Assembly: GCA_964636085.1 (NCBI GenBank)
Contig: CAZWPQ010000010.1
Coordinates: 1 to 36,140 of the forward strand
Source of the DNA: an uncultured Nitrososphaerota archaeon
GTDB taxonomy: Archaea > Asgardarchaeota > Njordarchaeia > Njordarchaeales > Panguiarchaeaceae
Direction of reading: 5' to 3'
Length of the DNA stretch: 36,140 nucleotides
The translations under genes and the position numbers were made by a program. The number at the start of each line of letters is the position of its first letter. Position 1 is the first letter of the stretch. This document shows, in pieces, positions 1-8,030 of the stretch. The notes beneath the pieces were generated by a model. The model saw only the letters and a program-made list of their open reading frames with translations, ran no database searches and was not told where the DNA came from.

Positions 1-329
1 TTTTCTTTGTTTGTCTCATCTAACCATTTACCCTCGGCGATCTCTCTCGCCACTATTACGGCAATCTCCTCTAGCTCTAGACCCCTAGATTGTAGTTCTC
101 TTATTTTTTCGGCGATCCCCTTCGGGCCGACCATAGCCTCGACCCTTGATGCTAGATCATATGCCAGTGATATTTCTGGCGTCAATTTTGGATCTATTCC
201 TCTACTCCTGGCCAATAGTGCAATCTTATAGGCCTCTTTTGTCTTACTTATTAGCTCCTCGAAATATATATCATATTCTTTAGGTCGCGCTAAATTGTCA
301 GGAATTTTTATTTCTGGTATTGTATCCAA
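1..329 (-). CDS. polC: DNA polymerase D large subunit DP2, N-terminal part (runs off the window start)
   Basis: My translation from TTG at 329 gives MDTIPEIKIPDNLARPKEYDIYFEELISKTKEAYKIALLARSRGIDPKLTPEISLAYDLASRVEAMVGPKGIAEKIREL. This matches the DP2 N-terminal pattern YF..L......Y..A..AR..G.DP....EI..A.D.A.RVE..VG..G.A..IREL. A GGTG SD-like motif lies upstream. Absent from the ORF track because it is truncated. Confidence 0.93.
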   Translation of the reverse strand, partial: MDTIPEIKIPDNLARPKEYDIYFEELISKTKEAYKIALLARSRGIDPKLTPEISLAYDLASRVEAMVGPKGIAEKIRELQSRGLELEEIAVIVAREIAEGKWLDETNKE

Positions 330-419
330 TATCTACACCAGCCTGTTTTAACCTTTTTTCTGATTTTGATTATGGAATATTATGAATTCAAAGCTTTAGG
401 TTTGTAGTACGTGAGATGA

Positions 420-1343
420 ATGCTATATTTGGTTAAGGATCCACTATATAAATCCATCCGAATAAATTCCTTCATAGAATATGGTTTCAAAATGGTTAAA
501 TTGGAATATAAAGAATTCCCTGATGGTGAAGCATATATTAGATTCCAAGATTCAATAGATCCCGAAGGCACATACGTTGTTCTTGCAAGAGGTTTTCCTG
601 ATCAGGATAGAAACATCATTAGAAGTATGCTTATTACGCATACACTTAGGGACTATGGAGCGCAAAGGATTTACTTCTGTATGCCTTATTTTCCTTATTC
701 TAGACAGGACAAAAGATTCTTGGCGGGGGAGGCCATATCTGCCAAAATCATTGCTGAGAGTATAGTCTCAAATATCGACACTCTCATTACTGTTGATGTG
801 CATAATCCTCTCGCTTTTGGTTACCTAGGAGCCAAATTTATCGATATTAGAACCATCGACCTTTGGTCTGATCTTATCAAAAAAAACTACGGAAATAAAA
901 AATGTGGCCTTGTTTCTCCAGATGTTGGAAGAAAATCGTTCGTTGCAGAGATTGCAAGAAAATGTAAGGTTCCAATGGCCTCGTTTGAGAAAAGAAGAGA
1001 TCTGTCTACGGGAAGAATAATATCCCATGAGCCTGAGGATTTTGATTCATATAAGGGAATTATCGGAGATTGCGAAGTAATAATCATCATAGATGATATT
1101 ATTGCGACTGGTAGTACTATTGCGAATATCTCCCTAAAACTGCGATCTGACGGATTTAAGGGAAAAATAGTTGTTGCGGCCACACATGGTTTACTCCTAG
1201 GAAACTCCTATGATCGATTAGTTATGGCGGGGGTCAACGAGATTATCTGCTCGGATACCGTTGAAAATCCATTCATTCATAGGGATGCCCTCGTTGGCCC
1301 GTATATCACTAGAACTATAGATAGACTTATTCAGAGTTACTGA
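420..1343 (+). CDS. prs: Ribose-phosphate pyrophosphokinase (PRPP synthetase, archaeal class)
   Basis: Motifs FPDGE, PYFPYSRQDKRF, VDVH, SPDVG and the PRPP-binding loop IIDDIIATGST, plus ATHG. Confidence 0.95.
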   Translation: MLYLVKDPLYKSIRINSFIEYGFKMVKLEYKEFPDGEAYIRFQDSIDPEGTYVVLARGFPDQDRNIIRSMLITHTLRDYGAQRIYFCMPYFPYSRQDKRFLAGEAISAKIIAESIVSNIDTLITVDVHNPLAFGYLGAKFIDIRTIDLWSDLIKKNYGNKKCGLVSPDVGRKSFVAEIARKCKVPMASFEKRRDLSTGRIISHEPEDFDSYKGIIGDCEVIIIIDDIIATGSTIANISLKLRSDGFKGKIVVAATHGLLLGNSYDRLVMAGVNEIICSDTVENPFIHRDALVGPYITRTIDRLIQSY

Positions 1344-1403
1344 GAGTTAAATATATACAAAATTATTTTTTCATTCAGTCTGATTTTGGTTATGGTGATG
1401 CTT

Positions 1404-2609
1404 ATGCCTAGCAAAACTCCACACTTTGTTAAGTATAACCTCTATTTTAAAATGCAGATAAATGGGTTTGTGGAGAAGAATGACATTATTGGAGCTATAT
1501 TTGGCCAATTAGAGGGGATATTGCCGCCCGAACTTGATCCACAAAATCTTCTCAATACTGGGAGAATTGGAAGGATAGAGGTATCCCTTGTACACAGGGA
1601 AGGAAAAACATTTGCAGAGATAATGATCCCTTGCTCTCTTAATAAAGTTGAGACCTCAGTTTTGGCGGCTGCGGTCGAGACAATAAATAAGATAGGGCCT
1701 GCATCGGCTGAAACACATCTCGATAGAATCGAGAATGTATTGGAGGAAAGAAGAAAAGTAATTGTTGAAAGGGCTAGCGAGATCCTTGGAAGCTGGTATA
1801 GTTATGAGAAAACAGAAATACCACCCGAGAAAATACCTAAACTGATCGAAGAAAGGGCAAGAAAAACCAAAATGATAACTATCGGTTCTGAGAATCTCCC
1901 TGCAGGCATCGGTACCCTAAAAAGCGATGAGATCATCATCGTGGAGGGTAGAGCTGATGTCATTAATCTAATCAGGTATGGCTTTGATAATGTTGTTGCA
2001 GTCGGTGGGTCAGGGACAGTCCCACAAACCATAATAGATCTCTCTAAGAAAAAAACTACAACCGCATTTGTAGATGGCGACCGTGCAGGGTTACTTTTGC
2101 TTAAGTCCTTATTACAGGCCGCCGACATAGACTACATAGCCATCGCTCCCAGAGGAAAGGAGGTTGAAGAACTAACCTTTAAAGAAATCAAGAGGTCATT
2201 AGACAATAGAATACCAACCGAGAACCTTTCCTTAGACCTCGACCGCTTGGAGAAGGTAATTGAACACTATTTCCTCAGGATTGAGGAGAAAGGCAAGATT
2301 GAGCCCGAAGATTTCGAACTCATGATCGAAGCCAAGCTGGATCGAATTTCGGGAGGGAGAAAATTCATTGCTGTGGATGACACAATGAATGAAATAATTT
2401 CTGGAAATATTGCCCTTCTCGATTCACTTATTGATCACTTACCAGCTAATGTAAGTGGAATAATCACAGATGTTGAGCTCAATGAAAGCCTTATTGAGAA
2501 AATACGAGAGAAAGGAATAGAATTTATTGCATACCGCGGCAAGAATAATAGCATCGAGGTCATTCGCTTCAATGAACAGATAAATAGTCGTCAAACCTCA
2601 AAGAGTTAA
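1404..2609 (+). CDS. dnaG: Archaeal DnaG (TOPRIM primase-like, exosome-associated)
   Basis: DIIGAIFGQLEG, GRIGRIEV, TOPRIM IIVEGRADV and AFVDGDRAG, APRGKEVEEL. ATG 1404 follows a GGTGA SD; the ORF extends to 1386. Confidence 0.95.
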   Translation: MPSKTPHFVKYNLYFKMQINGFVEKNDIIGAIFGQLEGILPPELDPQNLLNTGRIGRIEVSLVHREGKTFAEIMIPCSLNKVETSVLAAAVETINKIGPASAETHLDRIENVLEERRKVIVERASEILGSWYSYEKTEIPPEKIPKLIEERARKTKMITIGSENLPAGIGTLKSDEIIIVEGRADVINLIRYGFDNVVAVGGSGTVPQTIIDLSKKKTTTAFVDGDRAGLLLLKSLLQAADIDYIAIAPRGKEVEELTFKEIKRSLDNRIPTENLSLDLDRLEKVIEHYFLRIEEKGKIEPEDFELMIEAKLDRISGGRKFIAVDDTMNEIISGNIALLDSLIDHLPANVSGIITDVELNESLIEKIREKGIEFIAYRGKNNSIEVIRFNEQINSRQTSKS

Positions 2610-3548
2610 AACATCCCCATCATTTGGTATGATCACCCTTATTTTTCCTTTGGTTATTTCTTGGATTATATTAATGACTTCATTTATCTTTTTTTGATAC
2701 CTAGGAGATAAATGAACAAGGGCTACAGTTTTAACACCACTTTTTAAGGCTAGTGAGCATACATCCTCTATTGTTGAGTGATATCTTTCATCAGCATAGG
2801 CTTCATGCGACTTTTTTAGATATGTTGCTTCATGTATAAGTAAATCCGCGTCCTTAAAGATCGATACAAACCTCTCGCTTACCTTCGTATCACCTGTATA
2901 TATAATCTTTCTTCCTTCAACAACCTTTATTACCTCCAATGGATCCACAATGCGGTCTCCAATCCTAACTCTTTTACCCCTTATGATTTTCTTCCTCAAT
3001 GGGCCTTCAGGTATTCCCAGTTTAGAAGCCTTGTCTTTATCGAATTTTAGCCAATCTTTTTCTCTAAAAATGTAGCCGATAGATGGAATATTATGTATTG
3101 TCGGGAAAGCATATATCTCAAATCGCTTTTCATTTATGATCTTTTTTGTGAATTCGTGTTGCTTAAAATTAACTTCAATTAATTCTAGCTTGTGTCTAAT
3201 ATTGTCTATACCAAAAATACTGGATATTCCGTCTATAAATGACATCAATCCAGTTGGCCCTATAATTACTAATTTTCTCATAAATTCTCCTAGACTATAT
3301 GTATGGAGGAATGTGGGGAGTCCTCCAACATGATCTGCATGAAAGTGCGTAATTAGGATATACATATTGCTCCGAAATGGGTGAAGCCCACCTCTAAGAA
3401 GACTGTATTGGCAATACTCACCAAAATCGAATTGGATCAAATAATTTTCATATTTTATCGAAATACACGGCATGTTTCTCAAATTATACGGAGCTGTTCC
3501 TCCTGTTCCATGAAAAAACACCTTAATCGGAGGTGGCACGAAGATCAC
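2598..3548 (-). CDS. rnz: Ribonuclease Z (tRNA 3' processing, metallo-beta-lactamase fold)
   Basis: HGTGG, ITHFHADHVGGL (HxHxDH), exosite LGIPEGP, YTGDT, HEATY, HST, LVHLSPRY. Confidence 0.95.
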   Translation of the reverse strand: MIFVPPPIKVFFHGTGGTAPYNLRNMPCISIKYENYLIQFDFGEYCQYSLLRGGLHPFRSNMYILITHFHADHVGGLPTFLHTYSLGEFMRKLVIIGPTGLMSFIDGISSIFGIDNIRHKLELIEVNFKQHEFTKKIINEKRFEIYAFPTIHNIPSIGYIFREKDWLKFDKDKASKLGIPEGPLRKKIIRGKRVRIGDRIVDPLEVIKVVEGRKIIYTGDTKVSERFVSIFKDADLLIHEATYLKKSHEAYADERYHSTIEDVCSLALKSGVKTVALVHLSPRYQKKINEVINIIQEITKGKIRVIIPNDGDVLTL

Positions 3549-4127
3549 ATGTTGACCTTAGCAAATTTATTACTCAAACTGAAACTATAATTATGGAAAC
3601 AATATTTGAAAAGATAGGGGTAAAATATTGGCATCAAGGGGGCTAATCAAAATCTCTGGAAGTTGTCTAAACATATTCATAACTGCAACACTGACCCAAA
3701 TATTTCCAGAATTCCTATCCAACAGCTACCTTCGAATCTTAACAATCCTGAATATATTTGCCTCGATCTGTATACACCTTACGGTATTACTCTTGTTAGT
3801 AAGTCTGGAGCAACCAATAATAGTACTCCTATGGGATCTTTGCGGAGGACAAAATTCTCCCCTAGCCCATATATTCATAGTTGGATGCATAATTCATATA
3901 GTAATAATAAAGAACCAATTTCTTGCTGAGATTATCTAATTTAGAAACATAATAATCTCATGTTTAAAAAACATATGTCGGTTTTTGGCTCCTTGTTTCT
4001 ATTCGCGATATAGGAGCTATGATTCTATTGCAGTTATCTATCTTAAGCATTCTAAAGAACAACTATATGCATCAAAGGAGAAACAAGACACCAATACTGG
4101 CAAAGGATACCCGGAAATTGACATATA

Positions 4128-4141
4128 GAAAAAAATAGAAA
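4128..4141 (-). terminator. Oligo-T archaeal terminator after the por operon
   Basis: A T7 tract on the minus strand lies a few nt after the porB stop. Confidence 0.45.
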
Positions 4142-4143
4142 GG

Positions 4144-5130
4144 CTATATAATCCCTGCAAGTTTTAGTAGATAATTCCATTCCCTGTCCACACGTTGCTG
4201 TATTTCTTCGATGAGATCCTCCCTCCTCACTGGTTTAAATAAATGTCTAAATCTACCTTGGGTTTTTAGGTACTCCTCTATTGGTAATTTCTTATCTGGG
4301 TTCTTGGCTATGTATAATGACCGGTCAGTAATCCTGTATTCCCTCGTGTCTGGATCAAATTCCCATAGCGGATGCAAACATGTCTCTGTCGCCAATTTAG
4401 ATATCTTCATCGTCATACTGCTCTCAAAGCGCCATCCCCTAGGACACGCAGATATCGAATGAATAAACGCTGGACCATCATATTCGATCGCTTTCCTTAT
4501 CTTTATCACTAAATCCCGCCAGTAGTAAGGATTTACAGTAGCTACATACGCATTATGATGAGCAGCAATAATAAATCCTATTGGCTTCTTCCACTCTAAT
4601 TTACCTGGAATTACTCGCCCAGCGGGAGAAGTTGTCGTACTAGCATATTTGGGCGTAGAGGAGCATCTCTGAATACCCGTATTCATGTAAGCCTCATTAT
4701 CATAAAGAACATACACAAACTTATGTCCCCTCTCTACAGCTCCACTTAGAGCTTGGATTCCGATGTCATAGGTACCACCGTCGCCACCAAAGACTATAAT
4801 TGTGGGTAATTTGTCCTTCCAGACTCCCTTCCTTTTTAATGCCTTAAAGGCTGCTTCTATTCCCGAGGCTGTTGCAGCTGCATTTTCAAATGCGTTATGG
4901 ATCCAAGGAACGCTCCAAGATGTATACGGATAAATAGTTGTTGCAACCTCCAAACATCCAGTAGCATTTACAACAACAACATTTCGGGGATCAGGGACAG
5001 CCTTCATTACAAGTTTAACGATGACCGGTGCGGCACAACCAGCACATAACCTATGACCAGGAAGTAATAAATCTGGAAGTTTAGCTAAATCGTATTGTGT
5101 TGGGCTCCACGACTTGCTCATATCCCTCAC
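4144..5130 (-). CDS. porB: Pyruvate/2-oxoacid:ferredoxin oxidoreductase beta subunit (TPP-binding)
   Basis: GHRLCAGC, NATGC, HNAFENAAATASG, GGDGG, YDNEAYMNTGIQ, ACPRGW. The real start may be ATG 5121 behind a GAGGTGA SD. Confidence 0.95.
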   Translation of the reverse strand: MRDMSKSWSPTQYDLAKLPDLLLPGHRLCAGCAAPVIVKLVMKAVPDPRNVVVVNATGCLEVATTIYPYTSWSVPWIHNAFENAAATASGIEAAFKALKRKGVWKDKLPTIIVFGGDGGTYDIGIQALSGAVERGHKFVYVLYDNEAYMNTGIQRCSSTPKYASTTTSPAGRVIPGKLEWKKPIGFIIAAHHNAYVATVNPYYWRDLVIKIRKAIEYDGPAFIHSISACPRGWRFESSMTMKISKLATETCLHPLWEFDPDTREYRITDRSLYIAKNPDKKLPIEEYLKTQGRFRHLFKPVRREDLIEEIQQRVDREWNYLLKLAGII

Positions 5131-5131
5131 C

Positions 5132-6382
5132 TCACTCTCTCACCCCCAAATATTTCTTTATGAATGGCTTCTCTTTACCCTCCTTTATTCTTATGAGTTC
5201 ACCAAATGCCTTTGCAATTAGTTCTGGGGGCAAATCCCGCCCACCTAATCCATAGACATAATTAACAACATTCCTTGGACGATCCTTAATGTAATATAGA
5301 GCTGCCAACGTCTCCATGAACAGTGGGCCGCCCAGAGCACCCTGATCCTGAACACGGTCGAATACAGCAACTACCTCTTTCCCGCTTAGTACTTTTTGCA
5401 AATCCTTCCACGGGAAGGGCCTAAAGAGTCTAACCCTGAGAATCCCTATTTTTACACCCTTCTCTTCCCTATACTTCCTAGCCACATATCTCATCGTCCC
5501 CGCACTACTACCCATCACTACTACCACTATATCAGCATCATCAACATTCCATGGCACTACTCTTCCATTTCCATAACTCCTACCACTTATTTCTGCATAT
5601 TCCTTATTAACAGCCTCAACAATTTCTGGCACTTTACCCATAGCCTCTATTTGTTGCCTCTTGAATTCAAAATAGTAATCATAATACGCAAACGGACCAA
5701 ATGTCAATGGGACTGGGTTCTTAGGAGACAATGAAAATTCCACCTCCTTACCCATTACCTCTATCTTTGGTACAGCTCTGCACTCCCCCACGAACTCCTT
5801 TACTACTTTATCATCCTTGAAAACCTTCACATTCATAGCGGTATGAGATACTAGGAAACCATCCAGACAGACCATTATTGGCAATAAAACATTTGGGTTC
5901 TCACTTATCCTAAAGGCCTGTATACTGGTGTCGTATGCCTCCTGAGCGTCCTCAGTAAACATCATAATCCATCCCATGTCCCGCTGGGCCATGGCGTCCG
6001 TGTGGTCGCAGTGGATGTTTATTGGACCAGAAACGGCTCTATTCGCTATAGCCATCATAACGGGTACTCTGAGAGATGACGCAATAGATAGTATCTCATG
6101 CATGAGTTGAAGCCCATTTGCAGCGGTTGCAGTTGCCGCTCTAGCGCCCGCGGCTGCTGCGCCAACAACAGCTGTTATTGCACTATGCTCGCTCTCAACA
6201 GTAACGAACTCTGTTCTTACATCCCCATTGGCTACAAATTCACTAAACTTCTCCACTATCAATGTTTGAGGAGTTATTGGAAAAGCTGCAACTACATCGG
6301 GCTCTACATGCTTCCAAGCCCATGCGACGGCATGGTCTCCATTTAACAACATATTTAGCTGTTCAGCCACCACACTTCTCAC
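5132..6382 (-). CDS. porA: Pyruvate/2-oxoacid:ferredoxin oxidoreductase alpha subunit
   Basis: AAFPITPQT, VESEHSA, ANRAVSGPINIHCDH, DGFLVSH, RLFRPFP, YGLGGRD. Confidence 0.95.
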   Translation of the reverse strand: MRSVVAEQLNMLLNGDHAVAWAWKHVEPDVVAAFPITPQTLIVEKFSEFVANGDVRTEFVTVESEHSAITAVVGAAAAGARAATATAANGLQLMHEILSIASSLRVPVMMAIANRAVSGPINIHCDHTDAMAQRDMGWIMMFTEDAQEAYDTSIQAFRISENPNVLLPIMVCLDGFLVSHTAMNVKVFKDDKVVKEFVGECRAVPKIEVMGKEVEFSLSPKNPVPLTFGPFAYYDYYFEFKRQQIEAMGKVPEIVEAVNKEYAEISGRSYGNGRVVPWNVDDADIVVVVMGSSAGTMRYVARKYREEKGVKIGILRVRLFRPFPWKDLQKVLSGKEVVAVFDRVQDQGALGGPLFMETLAALYYIKDRPRNVVNYVYGLGGRDLPPELIAKAFGELIRIKEGKEKPFIKKYLGVRE

Positions 6383-6681
6383 CTCCTTTCTAATTCCATT
6401 CTAATAGCTTTAACTGGACACTCCTCCGCACATATACCACAGCCCTTACAGTAATTATAATCAACCTCAACCTTCATGGGTTTTGTTTTATCCTCATTCC
6501 AAATAACCTTTATCGCCATCTCTGGACAATATATATAACACTGAAGACACTTCACACATTTGGCATCATCGATTATTGGGCGCCTAGATCTCCAGTCCCC
6601 AGTTTTATACTCAGTTGAGTATAACCATGGGATACCAGCAATCGGTACCTCCCGCCAAGATTTTAATTCGGCCCCACTCAT
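6379..6681 (-). CDS. porD: Pyruvate/2-oxoacid:ferredoxin oxidoreductase delta subunit (2x[4Fe-4S])
   Basis: KTGDWR, CVKCLQCYIYCP and YCKGCGICAEECP. Four-nt overlaps with both neighbouring ORFs. Confidence 0.95.
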   Translation of the reverse strand: MSGAELKSWREVPIAGIPWLYSTEYKTGDWRSRRPIIDDAKCVKCLQCYIYCPEMAIKVIWNEDKTKPMKVEVDYNYCKGCGICAEECPVKAIRMELERR

Positions 6682-7265
6682 TCTTTTTTCACCTCATTAT
6701 ATGCTCTCTTTATTGCATTTATATTGCCCTCAACAACTTTTTCAGGATACCTCTCACCAAGCACAATTTTTGTAGCCTCCATTAGATCCTCCAAGGAAAC
6801 ATACTTTATCCCATGTTCCTGAAGTATTTTTACTAGGGATCCTAGAATAGCCGTGTTTGCTATTGGTCTACCAAGCGTCTCTAAAGCTATTTTAGTACCA
6901 TCAACCGTGTACACTTTGACGGATTTTGAGAATCCATACTTCTCCCGAGTCTCCTTAGGACTCAATGCCGTGTTTACTATGACTATGCCGTTCTCTCTAA
7001 CTAGTGATCTAGCCTTACCAATTAATGTACCATCAATAACGGCAACGACATCAGCCCTTGTAATTCCAGCATGTATCTCGATTTCTTTATTCCAAATTCT
7101 AGCATATGCCCTAACTGGAGCACCCGACCGCTCTGGACCAAACTCTGGGAACGATTGGGCATACATACCAGCATTTACAGCCGCTTGGGCTATTAAAATA
7201 CTAGCTGTCCACGCCCCCTGGCCTCCTCTGGCAAGAAATGTTACCTCGAATGGACGATCCGACAT
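6678..7265 (-). CDS. porG: Pyruvate/2-oxoacid:ferredoxin oxidoreductase gamma subunit
   Basis: ARGGQGA, QSFPEFGPERSGAPV, GRPIANTAILG. ATG 7265 follows a GAGGTG SD; the ORF extends to 7274. Confidence 0.93.
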   Translation of the reverse strand: MSDRPFEVTFLARGGQGAWTASILIAQAAVNAGMYAQSFPEFGPERSGAPVRAYARIWNKEIEIHAGITRADVVAVIDGTLIGKARSLVRENGIVIVNTALSPKETREKYGFSKSVKVYTVDGTKIALETLGRPIANTAILGSLVKILQEHGIKYVSLEDLMEATKIVLGERYPEKVVEGNINAIKRAYNEVKKE

Positions 7266-7367
7266 AAACCCCACCTCATATCTATAATTAGGAGAAAAAT
7301 CATTGTGATATATGCATGAATATATAGATAGGATAATGAAATAGGTGAAATCTTAAGGTACTGCGAA

Positions 7368-7685
7368 ATGGTAAGAAGAAAATATCGTTGGATATTCATT
7401 GAGATAATTAGTGAAAAAATCCCAGATAGAACACATCTCGAAAACACACTACGTAGAAAATCGCTTGAATTATTCGGAACGCTTCGAGCCCCCCAATTTA
7501 AGCTTGTTAGATACAATCAAGAAAAGGGAGTTGGAATAATAAGATGTCTAAGGGAAGATCTCAACAAAGTGAGACTGATACTTGCATTCACCAGAACCAT
7601 CGATAATTCAAAAATTGTAATTAACGATGCCCTAGTCTCTGGGACATTCAAGAAGCTCAGAGACAAAATAAAATTAAAGATATAG
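7368..7685 (+). CDS. rnp2: Ribonuclease P protein component 2 (Rpp14/Pop5 family)
   Basis: RRKYRWIFIEI at the N-terminus, LFG, GIIRC and VSGTFKKL at the C-terminus, typical of Pop5. Confidence 0.88.
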   Translation: MVRRKYRWIFIEIISEKIPDRTHLENTLRRKSLELFGTLRAPQFKLVRYNQEKGVGIIRCLREDLNKVRLILAFTRTIDNSKIVINDALVSGTFKKLRDKIKLKI

Positions 7686-7718
7686 TAAAATTACATGGTA
7701 CTGATACTGGTGTAATGG

Positions 7719-8030
7719 TTGAGCAGTGACTGCGATCCAAACCTAGTATTTGAGCTCATCTCGGATATTTCGGATGCCCTTAAGGAAAAACCTGAAATGG
7801 AAGTATACCGCTACCTTAATATTCTTACTAGCTATCTTAAGGGCAAAAAATGCCCCAAGGAAGTTCTAGATAGAGCAATTAGAATACTAGAATCCCACTA
7901 TCCAAACCTCTCAGAGGGACGAAGACTCCTACTAAAGGAAGTTATAGATAAGATCCGTAAAGCGGGGAAATCTAGAAGAAGAACCAAAAAGGCTAAGAGA
8001 GGGAGAACTCGAAAATACCGAAGGCACTGA
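7719..8030 (+). CDS. Hypothetical small helical protein with a highly basic C-terminal tail
   Basis: 103-aa ORF directly after rnp2 with a GGTG SD-like site. Its 3' end overlaps the convergent PglZ-domain gene by 38 nt. Confidence 0.6.
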   Translation: MSSDCDPNLVFELISDISDALKEKPEMEVYRYLNILTSYLKGKKCPKEVLDRAIRILESHYPNLSEGRRLLLKEVIDKIRKAGKSRRRTKKAKRGRTRKYRRH

